From contig MU053432.1 in NCBI GenBank assembly GCA_013239625.1, positions 127,940-191,939 of the forward strand: a DNA stretch of 64,000 bases, in the 5' to 3' direction. Source of the DNA: Lama guanicoe. Its lineage: Eukaryota. Numbering within the stretch: the stretch's first letter is position 1; each line of letters begins with the position of its first letter. A model generated the notes under the pieces. The model was not told the origin of the DNA. It did no database searches and saw nothing but the letters and a program-made list of their open reading frames with translations. Below are positions 40,821-52,921 of the stretch, in pieces. The translations under genes and the position numbers were made by a program.

Positions 40821-40839
40821 ATCAATATTTTTAGAAGCC

Positions 40840-41845
40840 AACAAGGTCGTCATTTTTTTAAATTTTTTTAATTTAAATATTGTCAATTTACAGTGTATAC
40901 AATGTCTTCTTTAAATCCCAGTTCTCTTTTCAGAGGCTACCTTTTTCCCACCATTTTCTTTTATACAGAGAATTATGTCTATTTTTACCTTTTCTCTTGC
41001 TATTCTCACATAGTGACAAGCATTCCATATTAGCATATATAGATCTGCCCTATTTTTTCCCAATATCCCACAGGGTACTCCAAAGTACACAAAACAGATA
41101 TATCAAAATGTATTTGACAAGTCTTCCTTTGGTGCATGTTTGGATCCCTCTTTTGCTCTTTCAAATAATATTTCAGTTACTCATCATACACTGATGCTAT
41201 TCTGAATACAAATGTTTCTATAGAATAAATTCCTAGGTGTGGAATTATGGGAGCAAGCTGTGTGCACATTGGGGACTGCAAAAGATGTTGCCAAACAGGC
41301 CCACCATAGAAAATGTACCCATTTACACTCCCACCAGCAAAGAATAAGAGTGACTATTTCCTAACTCCTTAACAACATGGAGGTGTCCAACTTTTTTTTT
41401 TACCTTTCTCAGTCTAAGTGAAAATGATATTTTAATATAGTTTTAATTTCATTTTCCCTTACAATTGGTGAGGATTTTTTTTTCATGTGCTTAAGAACCT
41501 TTTGTATTTTCTTTTCTGTAAACTGTTCATCTCTTTTGTCCATTCTTACACTGGGTGGCTCTCTTCCTTATTGACATGTGGAAGCTTTTTATGTTAAGGC
41601 CCTTTTTATGATGGGTTACCTTATTTTTTCCAATTTGTTGCTTATATTTTGATTGTGCCTATGATGGTTTTTGTAATGCAGTTTTTGATTGTGGAAATGT
41701 ATAAACAACATGAAATTCATCATTGTAACTAGCTTTAAGTATATAGTTCAGTGGCATTAAGTGTATTTACATTAAGTGCAACCATCACCACCATCCATCT
41801 CCAGAACTCTGCATCTTCCTGAACTGAAGCTCCAGACCCATTCGA
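40840..41845 (-). mobile_element. Old L1M fragments
   Basis: T-rich antisense L1 motifs (atttacactcccaccagca, tatagttcagtggcattaagt). Confidence 0.6.
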
Positions 41846-41859
41846 CTGAATTTATCACT

Positions 41860-42002
41860 ATTTTGTTTTTTTTAATTTTTTTTTTTGGTGGGGGTGAGGT
41901 AATTAGGTTTTTATTTATTTTTAGAGGAGGTACTGGGGATTGAACCCAGGACCTCTTGCATGCTAAGCACACGTTCCACTGCTTGAGCTATACCCTTCCC
42001 CC
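41860..42002 (-). mobile_element. tRNA-Ala-derived SINE (Vic-1-like)
   Basis: Same consensus. Confidence 0.9.
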
Positions 42003-42333
42003 ATTCACCTTTTTCTTTTGAACTTTGGAGTTGTATATGAAACATAGAAAAGCTTTCTCTTTTCCCAGATTTTTTTTTAAGTAACTGCACACTGCTGAAT
42101 TTATCACCTCTTTCTTTTGAACTTTGGAGTTTTATATAATACATAGAAAAGCTTTCTCTTTTCCCAGACTTTTTTTCTTAATCTAGAATTTTTTTTTTCT
42201 TTTGATCAATGTTTCTCAGTCCTGGCTGCATTCCAATTATTGGGGGAGCTTTTAAAAATTATGAGTGTCTAGGCCTTACCTCCACAGATTTTGATTTAAG
42301 TAGCTTGGGATGGGACCCAAACACTGGTAATTT

Positions 42334-42750
42334 TTTTTGAAGTATAGTTGGTATACAATAATATATAAGTTGCAGGTGTACAATATAGTGATTCACAATT
42401 TTTAAAGGTTACACTCCATTTATAGTTATTATAAAATATTGACTATATTCCCCGTGTTGTACAATCCATCCTTGTAGCTTATTTTATACATAGTTTGTGC
42501 CTCTTAATCCCCTCCCCCTTTGCCCCTCCCCCTTCCCTCTCCCTGCTGGTAACCACTAGTTCCTTCTCTACATCTTTGAGTCTGTTTCTTTTACATTATA
42601 TTCACTAGTTTGTTGTATTTTTTAGATTCCACATATAAATGATATCCTACAGTATCTGTCTTTCTCTGTCTGACTAATTTTACTTCGTATGATGCCTTCC
42701 AAGTCCATCCATGTTGCTTCAAATGGCAAAAGTTTATTCTTTTTTATGGT
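42334..42750 (-). mobile_element. LINE-1 3'UTR fragment inserted into a MER5-like element
   Basis: L1 3' sequence flanked by tggtaatt repeats; MER5-like halves at ~42205-42330 and ~42755-42810. Confidence 0.8.
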
Positions 42751-43049
42751 AATTCTTAAATAAATTCCTGGGGTGATTCTGAAGCTCAGCCAGCATTGAG
42801 AATGACTGTTTTTGCATGTTTATAATTTCATCATATTTTAAAGCTTTTGGCTCATCTGGAATTTAAACTAAGAATGATGTGGAAGTTAATCTAGTTTTTT
42901 TTCCAGATGATCCATTTAATAAATGTGAACTATCCAAACTGACTTCAGAAGTGAGAGAAATTCCTGCCCACAGCACGTAGTATTTGGGTGTTTGAGGGGA
43001 AATTGAAACTCTCTATGTCTCAGTTTCTTCATATGTAAAATGGGAATAG

Positions 43050-43220
43050 TGATAATATTTCATACAAGTATTTAATATTTAATAATTTATTTCATTTACT
43101 ATTTGATATCTAATTCAACCTTAATCTATTAATTTAATTGTTAAATTAAATATTATTAAGATTAATAGTACCATATTAAGATAAAATATTAAAATAAAAT
43201 ATTAATATGATATTATTAAT
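43050..43220. repeat. AT-rich low-complexity tract
   Basis: Directly visible. Confidence 0.85.
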
Positions 43221-43421
43221 GTGACCGCTATTGTTTCAGTTCAACAAATGAACACACGCAGAGCCAACACAGATCTGATGTAATGTTATATAATCATTAC
43301 AAATTACACCTTAAAAGAATTTAGTTTAAGTGAAAAGAGGCTATAAAATTAACTTATTTAGATAAAAATGCATATACATTAAATACTGCAAAGAAATACA
43401 CCAACGTATTAGCTGTGATTA

Positions 43422-43966
43422 TGTTACCGGAAAACTGGGTCCACTTGTTGGTAGGTGTTGAGCCAAAAGACACAACTTCTCTCGGGAGAAGGAAGGATTC
43501 ATTCTTGCAGCAAGTAAGGAGAACATGTGGATGTTTCCGAAAGCAGCGTCTCCCATCACAAAATTGGAGAAGTCTCAAGCTAAAGGTACGTGCAAATTCA
43601 TGAAGGGGCTTGGGCCGGCAACAGAGTCCAAGCTTTAGTTGATGGAAGTCACAAGGGTCAGAAAAGGTCAGCATCATCGACCCTTGGTTCCAGCTGATCT
43701 GCTGATTGAGCACTTCAGACTAATCTTTGCCTTTGAAACAGAACTGGGAGTCTTTACAACTGACACGCTATCTTTGCTATTGTTACTTCTCTTACCTGTA
43801 TTCTTTCACTCCCTTAAGCCCATTAATTACTGAGACCTGTTCAAAGGCAAGCATCGCTGCCAGGCTTAGATCACACAATGGCTTGAGCCAAAAATGGCTT
43901 CTCTTATGTCAAGAAAGCCTTGCCTGGTTCTCTTTCTCTGGAGACTCTCTACCTTATCTGCTTACA
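43422..43966 (-). mobile_element. Solo LTR, probably ERV1 class, inserted in an old L1 3' end
   Basis: tgtta..ttaca termini; the flanks join into one old L1 3'-end-like sequence. Confidence 0.65.
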
Positions 43967-44485
43967 GTCATATTTGGGTGAAAGGAGAACATGAATTCTT
44001 TTTTTTTCCTTACTTTTCCTATATTTATCAAGTTGCCTACAATGAGCAGGTACTGATTATATCTAGGGTGGGAAGGGGAAGGAGGTTTTGAAAATTGCTA
44101 AGACAGGTCTGTCGATCTGGATTCCATCCTTCAGCATCTGCCCAGCACTGTTCAAAGAGCCTGTTCAGTATATCGCATTCGTGTTGTGGAGAGCTTTATT
44201 GGGGGGGAGGGGGAGGCCAGCATTAGGACTCAGCCTCCAGACATACTCTGGACTCTTCTAACGTGGCTAACTGCCCTTGAATCCAGCATTGTGCTATCAC
44301 TTTATCAACAGTGTCATAAAAGACCTTATCAAAAGCCTTGCAAAAGCCTCCATTTATTTGTTCAGTCAACAAATGTCGACTGAGTCTCTGTTATGCTCCA
44401 GGCCTTGTGTCTGTCTATTTCCTTAACAGATGAGCCTAGAAATAATATTAAAGAAAGAAAAAGGTCAGGCTGAAATATTCTGTTT

Positions 44486-44619
44486 ATTTTTCTTCTTTTG
44501 TTGTGGGGGGGAGTGGTAATTAGGTTTATTTGTTTATTTTTAAAGGAGATACTGGAGGTTGAACCCAGGATCTCATGCATGCTAAGCACATGCTCTACCA
44601 CTTGAGCTGTACCCTCCCC
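44486..44619 (-). mobile_element. tRNA-Ala-derived SINE (Vic-1-like)
   Basis: Same consensus; tattctgttt repeated on both flanks. Confidence 0.9.
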
Positions 44620-45120
44620 TGACGTATTCTGTTTTTAAAAATCTCACAGTGAATGCCAGTGATTTTTTGCTTTCCCCAAAGTCTCACCAACTTCATTATT
44701 ATTTTTTTAAGTAGTGTCATCTAGCGTCTGGTCTGGGACTGAAGGCAAACACAGCCAGTGGTATTTGAGCAAACTGTGTTCTACCCCTTAGGCATCCAAA
44801 TGATTTTTATTTGGTTCTTTTCTTCCAGGCCTTCTGTCATTGCCCTAAAATGGCGCAGTGAGCACCAGTAGGGCCATTCCTCTGTCCTGCAAACCTTCCA
44901 GGAACTGGGCTCCCGGTTCTTTGCACCGGGAGTCTGGAACTCAACGAGACCAACAAAATCCTGGAAACTCTTCCCCTATCTTGGCATTCATGTGGGAGAA
45001 GCCCACAGGGACTCCCAGAGACTTTTAAATGCTAGAGAAAATTTCTCTGACCTCACTCAAATTCTTTAGAAGCTTCTAAACACCACTAAAAATACTTACT
45101 TTAACAAAGATAAAACCTAT

Positions 45121-45265
45121 GGGGGAAGAGGGTAGAGCTGAGAGAGAGAGTGCCTGCTTAGCATGCACAACGTCTTGGGCTTAACCTCCAGTACCTCCAC
45201 TAAAAATAATAATGAAATAAACCTCATTGCCTCCTGCCCCCTGAATAAATACATAAATACATAAA
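45121..45265 (+). mobile_element. tRNA-Ala-derived SINE (Vic-1-like), diverged
   Basis: Same consensus; ataaaaccta repeated on both flanks. Confidence 0.85.
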
Positions 45266-45805
45266 TAATAAAACCTAAAAGTAAAAGCAGGTCTGTTCTT
45301 TCCTAATGTATAAAGGACTACTCTAAACTGTTAGATAATAAATTGAAACTTCAAAGAGCTGAACGGTGATTACTTGAATGAATGGCAAATGAATAAATGA
45401 GTGAGTGCTCTATAGTAACACAGAGTAGGTCTAACTAACGCAGACCACATAACGAGAGGTGCCAACTGTGGGAAAGCACTTTCCACTTTCAAATTTAGAA
45501 GGAAATTAGATATATGATCCTAAGTTCTTTTTTAAGGTGGTGCAGAAACATTTAAAATGATGCGGTCTTTAATATGGTGTCTTAGTGTAGCAAGGAGAAA
45601 ATTTTTCCAGGGGGGTCCTTATTTTGGGCAGCATCTATTTCACACATATAACTCAGGACTTCAGAGAATAAAAGTTTCTTAAGCAAGTGGTTCCAGAAGT
45701 TTGATCTCTAACTTTCAGCATAACTCAGAATCCTCTGGAAGTCTTGCTAAAATATAGACTGCTGGTTCCCACCTCTGACTTTCTGATTAAGCAGGTCTGG
45801 GATGC

Positions 45806-45907
45806 AGGGAAAAGGAAGAAAGAAAGAGAGAAAAAGAAAGGAAGGAAAGAGAGAAAGAGAAAGAAAAGAGAGAAAGAGAGAAAAAGAAAGAGAAAGAAAG
45901 AAAAGGA

Positions 45908-45943
<36 letters not shown>

Positions 45944-46060
45944 GGGAGAAAGAGGGAGAAAAAGGAAGGAAGAAAGAAAGAAAAAGAAGAAGGAAGGAAG
46001 GAGGAGGGAGGGAAGGAGGAAAGAAAGGAAGAAAAGAAAGAGAGAAAGGAAGGAAGGAAA
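45806..46060. repeat. ~250-bp pure polypurine (GAAA/GGAA/GA)n tract
   Basis: Directly visible; only A and G on the plus strand. Confidence 0.95.
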
Positions 46061-46263
46061 CCCTAAAGGTGATGAAAAAGAAAAGTGTGAGGGACGCTTG
46101 CCGGAGGGGTTGATTCTTCTATAACGAGCTACAGAAGGAGCAAAGGGGGAAACCCTGACAGTAACAGCTAACATTTGTGAGCGATGCCAGTGTGCTTACT
46201 CATGTATTCATTCATTCATTCATCCTCCCATCAGTCTGAGGAGATGGGTGGCATCGTTGATGC

Positions 46264-46287
46264 CATCATCATCATCATCATCATCAT
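46264..46287. repeat. (CAT)n microsatellite
   Basis: Directly visible. Confidence 0.9.
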
Positions 46288-46814
46288 TTCCTTTCAACAG
46301 ATGGGGAAACTGATGCACACGCTAGTAACTGGAAAAGCCAGGATTTGGACCCCAAAATTTCAACTTCTATGTTAACCTCCACGTAACCTCCAACTTAACC
46401 CCACATTACAACCCTTTCTGAGGAAGCTCTGATCACCTGGCCAGCCTTCACAAAAGCCGGTCTAGGATGGTATTTAGCCCCAGACCCTCTCATATAAATG
46501 CCTTATGGATAGTCAGAGGGTCACTGATAAATGTGCCCCTCTCTTAAGACCCAACACCTTCCACAGTGGGTGTTTATCATTTTCCCCATGTCACGGATGA
46601 AGAAAGTGTAGCTCAGAAGGCGTTAAGTTCATTTAAAGCATTGTCATGTCCGAAGCGTCCCACTCTCTGGCACTCAGCACCGTGCGCCTCCCAGGGAGGC
46701 ACCCTAACCACACCGGCCCTCCCCCCGGCTCAGCGCCCGCCCAGCCCTCTGATGGGATGCTGTGCGCCTGGGCAGGGTCTCCCCACGCAGCCACCCTGAG
46801 TCACGTCAGCCTCA

Positions 46815-47012
46815 CAGTGTGGTGAGGAAGGAATATTTTGGGGTTTTGAGTCCTGGCTTTGTCATTTGCAGCCTGTGGGGCCCCAGACCCACCCCTTAAC
46901 CTCTCTGAGCACAGTTTTCCTCATCTGTAGAATGGAGATTAAAAACAGTGCTGATTTCTAGAGCTGTTGTGAGAATTAAACAAAAGAATGCACCAAAAGT
47001 GAGCACTGAATA
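46815..47012 (+). mobile_element. MIR SINE (other fragments at ~5680-5760, ~42990-43070, ~53030-53210)
   Basis: MIR core cttaacctctctgagc..ttcctcatctgtagaatgg. Confidence 0.75.
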
Positions 47013-47625
47013 AATGGAAACGCATTTCGTTACCCTCTGCCTCCGTCCCGTCGACCCTTCGGCCGCCCCTGGCTGTGTTCCCAGCCCCTGTGCAGAGTGG
47101 GGTTATAGAGGTGCTGCTCACCCCAGCAAGCGCTGGCAGCTTGCAGTGGCCCGAGGCCTCTGCTTCGGGCACTCACTGGGCTTCCTATGTTGTATGAGGG
47201 CCCAGCATTCATTTATGGCTGAGGCTTCAAGTCTGAGCTTCTAGGAGCCCCCAGGGGATCTGCTGGGGGTGGAGAGGAAGAAAGGAGCGTAGGAGGCGAA
47301 GGAAGGAATGGGCTTCGAAGAACAATTTCTTTTGAAGGGAGTTTCATGAAGTTTTTGCTTTATTTTCCATTTGAAAACCACTGACTGGCAGCATTGTTTC
47401 TATGAGGGAGACTGTGTTTCAAGTCCCAGACTATACACTTAGGACACAATCTGTTCCTCTTGCAAGAGTGACATAATCAATGAGCCAGTGTCAAAATGCT
47501 GCAAAAGGCAGCGAGACAGAACCTGGCCTCTCAACCCAGACACGAGAAGCATTCTAAGCTTAAGAGTAGCTAGTGTATGCGCCTCTTCTTTTAACTAAAC
47601 ACATCTATTCATTCAACAATGATTT

Positions 47626-47767
47626 GGGGGGAATGTATAGCTCAAGCAGTAGAGTGTATGCTTAGCATGCACAAGGTCCTGGGTTCAATCCCCGGTGCTC
47701 CTCTAAAATAAATAAATAAATAAATAAACCTAATTACCTCCCCCCACCAAAATAAAAATAAAATAAA
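47626..47767 (+). mobile_element. tRNA-Ala-derived SINE (Vic-1-like)
   Basis: TSD aacaatgattt at 47615-47625 and 47768-47778. Confidence 0.9.
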
Positions 47768-48125
47768 AACAATGATTTATCCAGGTCCTGACATAAGCCA
47801 GCCTCTGAGGCCAGCACTGGGGATACTGAGATGAATGAACTCTGGGCCCAGCCTCCCATGAGTGGTTTTGCCTCATGGGAGAGACGGATGGGGACGCTAT
47901 GAGCTCCCTCAGGTGGGGCAGGAGTACAAAGCGACAGAAAGGGTTTCCAAGGGGAAGAGTCAAGCTTCATGAGGAAAACAGCACTGGATTGAGACTCAAA
48001 AGCTCAGCAGGTGCTGGGAGTGGGGTGAGTCTAAAACATGGAGCGTCGCATGGGAAGGCAAGACAGCAAAGCACAGGTACCAGGCAGGCCCACCACACAC
48101 CTGCCCCTAACTCCTCTTCAGACTG

Positions 48126-48580
48126 CCCCTGGATCAGTGCACGCGAGATCCTGTGTCCACTTCCTAAGAGAATGAAGTCTCTGTCTCCCCCAGTCCTGTG
48201 GGCTCCTGACGTTAAGCCCCGCTGGCCTTCAAAACCAGATGTCTTGGGGTCTCCTCCTCCTCCCACTGCCGGAACCCTGGGCTGGGGGGCCTGACGGGGG
48301 TGCTCAAAACTCTCACTCCCGTGGGAGGGCCTCTGTGACTTACCTGTTGTTCAGCTTGTGGGTCGCCCACCACGGAGGTCACGGGGCCCAACTATATCAT
48401 GAGACCCCCCGCCTATCTTCCTGCTGTGGCTCTGTGTCAGTGTTTCCAGTTGAAGTAGACCTTTTTTGCTAGGCTTCAGCCTTTTGGGCTCTTCAGCAGT
48501 CAGTGGTGGTTTTGTTGTCCTTGCGAGCAGAGGGGAGCTTGTGGTCCTGCTACTCTGCCATCTTGACTGGAAATTTTCCC
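48126..48580 (-). mobile_element. Isolated LINE-1 5'UTR-like fragment
   Basis: Minus strand begins gggaaaatttccagtcaagatggcagagtag (YY1-type CAAGATGGC typical of L1 5' ends); GC-rich; 10-bp direct repeat cttcagactg at 48116-48125 and 48581-48590. Confidence 0.7.
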
Positions 48581-48889
48581 CTTCAGACTGAGAGCACCAC
48601 GCCCACAGGCCCCGAGCTGGCAAACCATGTTAAACTGGTCATCAGGAAACGTGGCTGCTGACTGGATGGATGTGCTCCTGACCCAAAGGCGCAAACTGGC
48701 CAGGCTGTCCCATGACGTGCTCAATACAGGTGATTTTAAGTAAAGCAGCCAATCACCCTGGCTCCCTCTGGGATTTACACGGGAAGAATAGCAGACATTT
48801 GGCCAGTAAGTAAAGGCAGAGAAGCAAGACACCAGACTAGACAAGACCCAACACACTAAAGCCGCCTCTGTCCCTACCCCAAATCTGAG

Positions 48890-49260
48890 TTCTACTTCAA
48901 TCCTGTTCTGCATAACAAATCATACCCAACCCCCACGGTTTACTACAACCATCACTTTATCTCTCAGAATTTTCATGAGGTAGGAATTTGGGAAGGGCTC
49001 CGCTGGATGGTTCCGGCTCAGGGTCTCTTAGGCGTTTGTAATCAGGGGAGAGGAGTTAGAACATTAGGGAGCTGGCGTACCTGGGGCTGGCAGGACAGCT
49101 GTCTCTGTATGTCACCTCAGAACTTCCCCATGCTGTCTCTCCCATGAGCTGACTGGGACTCCAGGACAGTGAGCCGACTCACACAGCAGCTGAAGGCTTC
49201 AAGAGGGAGCGTTCCAGCCAGTGACATAGAAGCCCATGAGACAAGCTCCAGTGAGGTCAG
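48890..49260 (-). mobile_element. MaLR MLT1-like LTR fragment
   Basis: cataacaaatcataccc..aggaatttgggaagggctc pattern. Confidence 0.6.
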
Positions 49261-49860
49261 CAGAGCTGAAGCGTAAAGCATGAGGGGGGCACAGGGAAAG
49301 ATAAACCTGGGGAAGTAGGCAAGGACTTTCATGCCCAACCAGGGAGACTGGACTTTTTCCTACAGGTGTCCACTCATCCTTCTAGGCCGGGGTGGATGGT
49401 TTCCATAGGTAGATGGCCTCTAACGGGCAGAGACTGGAAACTGGTGGTTCACAGAGCATCAGGCATGTTGCTTGAATATATTGTAAATATTCCTTAGATT
49501 GCGAAAGTTCTTACAAAAAAGTCAGCATTTCTGGCTTCTTTTGAAAAATTAGGAAATCTGGTCACACTGGACTCTCCCTCGTGCACAGACAAAACACTGG
49601 GAAGATAACAGCTGTCCTCTTTAAATGGGGTGTGTGCTCTCCAGTGAGCCACAGCCCACACTGTCTCCTGTTGCATCACAATTGTCGTGGTCCATTATTT
49701 ATGTTGACTTTGTAATAAACATGAGCAGGTGACCTCTGACCTCAGGCTCCCCACAGGCAAGACCTTTTGTGGACCCAGGCTTTCAAACCCCCCTCTGGTT
49801 TAACACTTGGCTATGGACTGGAAACATTCTTTCTTCAGTCAAAATGTAGTTTGCTTAAAC

Positions 49861-50523
49861 TAAAAATAGACCTACCATATGATCCAGCAATCCCACTCCT
49901 GGGCATACATCCAGAGGGAACCCTACTTCAAAAAGACACATGCACCGCAATGTTCACAGCAGCACTGTTTACAATAGCCAAGACATGGAAACAACCTAAA
50001 TGTCCATCAATAGATAACTGGATAAAGAAGATGTGGTATATTTATACAATGGACTACTATTCAGCCATAAAAAAGAATAGAATAATGTCATTTGCAGCAA
50101 CATGAATGGATCTGGAGATTGTTATTCTAAGTGAAGTAACCCAGAAAAAGAAAGGAAAAAAGAGATATCATTCATATGTGGAATCTAAAAAAAAAAGAAA
50201 AGAAAAAAGAAGACACTAATGAACTTAGCTACAAAGCAAACAAACTTACAGACATAGTAAACAATCTTATGGTTACCAGGGGGAAAGAGGGTAGGAAGGG
50301 GTAAATTGGAAGTTCAAGATTTGTGAATATTAACTAGTATATATAAAATAGATAAACAACAAGTTTCTGTTGTATACACAGGGAACTATGTTCAATATCC
50401 TTTAGTAAATTATAATGAAAAAGAATATGAAAATGAATATATGTATGTATATGTCTGACTGAAACATTATGCTATACACCATAAATAATTGATACATTGT
50501 TAACTGATTATGCTTCAATTTAA
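49861..50523 (+). mobile_element. LINE-1 3' end
   Basis: LKIDLPYDPAIPLLGI motif; ~20-bp TSD aaaatgyagtttgcttaaac at 49841-49860 and 50524-50543. Confidence 0.93.
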
Positions 50524-51429
50524 AAAATGCAGTTTGCTTAAACTCTGTAAACACCATGTGCACAAATGTGTTTTCAATTGTTTTTAAAGAGAAACCTTGT
50601 TTCTCCTGTAAAAGATGACCTTGGGGTCAACTCCCTTGCTAAACTGGATTTGGTAAATTTGTTTAGGACAAGTAGAAATAACTGTGTACTCTGTAAAGTG
50701 TAAATCAGGTACAAAGTGACTTCCCTGCAGGAGAAGTTACCCCAGGTGCCCTTGTGAGCCAGCATCCTGGCTTGATGGCTGAGCCCCTTAACCCACAGGT
50801 GATTTCAGCCAATCAAAACACGGAAATACCCATTGAGGGTTGTGTGAGGGAGGTAGTTTATCATACTCCTTTCAACTCTATACATCCTACCCTTTCTTCC
50901 AACTCTGAATCCAGTCTCAGCTCTTTCTAAAAGAAAGCCTTCCCAGATTACTCCAGGTGTGTAGACAGTGCTTACTACCTAGGACAGCCTCTGTGGCTGG
51001 TTCTGTGTCTGTATTTACAAGTCCCTGCATCCCAGCTCTTTCCTCTCTGTGCCTCATCTTCCATCAGACTTCCTTCTGGCCCATAGCTTGCCTGGACCTT
51101 GCCCCAGTATGTCTAGAACTCTGGTTTGCCTGGCAACCTGACACCTTGCTATAGCCTGTCTGGTTGGATCAGCTCTCCCAAGGGCTATTCGTCCCCACTG
51201 GCCAGCTCTGGGTCCAGTACCTCATTTTCTCCCCACGTGTTCTTCCATAACTGCCTGTTCCTATGTATACTCAACGACACTGAAGCCAGTGAGAGGGTGA
51301 AAAAATGAAAAGACCGAAAAGAACAGGTTCTTAGGGGGCAGGCAAAAAAAAAAAATGACCTGGGAAACTCCAGCCAGGGGGCTGGCTGAAATGAACACTG
51401 ATGTCTTTACTTGGAATTGAAAACGAACC

Positions 51430-51845
51430 ACTGCCAAATGACATTCTAGAAAAGGCACAACTACAGAAACAATCAAAAGATCATGGTTTCCAGGGATTTG
51501 GGGAGAGGGAGGGAGGAATGAATAGATGGAGCACAAGGGATTTTTAGGGTGATGAAATTATTCTGTATGATACTGGTGGCTGCATGTCATTATGCATTTG
51601 TCAAAACTCATAGAATGTACAACATCAAGAGTGAACCCCGATGTAAACCATGGACTTTGGCTGATAATCATGTGTCCATGTTGGTTCATAGATTGTACCA
51701 AATATATCACACTGATGAAGGATGCTGAGGGTAGGGGAGTATATACGTGTGGGTGGGGAGGGCTGTGTGCGAACTCTGTGCATTTTCTGCTCAATTCTGC
51801 TGTGAAGCTGAAACTGCTCTAAAAGAATAAAGTCTATTAAAAAAG
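51430..51845 (+). mobile_element. Old L1M (L1MC-like) 3' end
   Basis: cattctagaaaaggc..tcaaaactcatagaatgtacaac..aataaagtctatt pattern. Confidence 0.75.
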
Positions 51846-52779
51846 GAAAATGAACCACTGGAAACATATGGACACATGAGTGGGCATCACTGGTCCACAC
51901 CTGTTTTTCTGTTCAAATAGGGGAAGCACCATCATCAGGACTAAAGAGAAGACCAAGAGGACAGTGAGGGTCTCAGAACTGTTTATGAAAAGGAATCAGA
52001 AGCAAGAAAGGGTGAGAGAGACTGGATGCTTTTTGTCGCTTGCCAGCTGTCCACAGGCAGTTAAGGTGTAATGTGGCCTAACCCACATATATAAAAATGA
52101 AACTGTATTGTAATTTAGGGTATATAGATGGGGCAACAAAAAAGAGTTCACGAGTCAGAAAACGTCACACTTGGATTAAAGTAGTCAGATGATTTAATTG
52201 CTGCAGGAAATGATCAATCAGTCATGTATCTAATACATAATAAACACTGAATAATATCATGGGCGTGTTCAGATGATATGGACCAGGTACCCAGTGAGAT
52301 CAGATTAGATAATATGCAACATGATGGTTAAATGCTGCCCGTCTGTTAATCATCACACATTAAGGCCTTAGGTGACTTCCGGATACCTCCTAAAGTCGTG
52401 CAATGAGCCAGATACTGGGGATGCGGTGATGAGAGAAAAAAGACACAAACCCTGACTTCATGGTAATTATGCTCTAGGATTAGTCATCCTCAGCTGAAGG
52501 CAGTACCATTCATATCCCCAGGGGACATCTAGACATGGAGGGGCACTCTTGGCTGTGTATTGACTAAGGACTGCACTGGCATTTAGCTGGCAGGGACCAG
52601 GGATACTAAACATTCTACGTTGCAGGGACTCACTCTAGGCCAACAGCGCCCCTATGGGAAAACACTGGTAGTGCAGGCTATGGCACCATTTTTAGAGGCA
52701 GTTTTTTTTTCATGGATGTTTTTCTTTTTTCTTTTTTGAATCACTTCGCTGAGGTACAATTGACATAGAAAAGCTGTAC

Positions 52780-52921
52780 ATTTTTTTGGTAGGGGGAGGT
52801 AATTAGTTTTATTTATTTATTTGTTTATTTATTTATTTATTTTAATGGAGGGACTGCAGATTGAAGCCAGGACCTTGTGCATGCTAAGCATGCACTCTAG
52901 CACTGAGCTCTACCCACCCCC
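52780..52921 (-). mobile_element. tRNA-Ala-derived SINE (Vic-1-like)
   Basis: Same consensus. Confidence 0.88.

Noticed and set aside
45725..46174. K/R/E-rich and F/L/S-rich ORFs of 103-149 aa
   Set aside because: Translation artefacts of the polypurine repeat.
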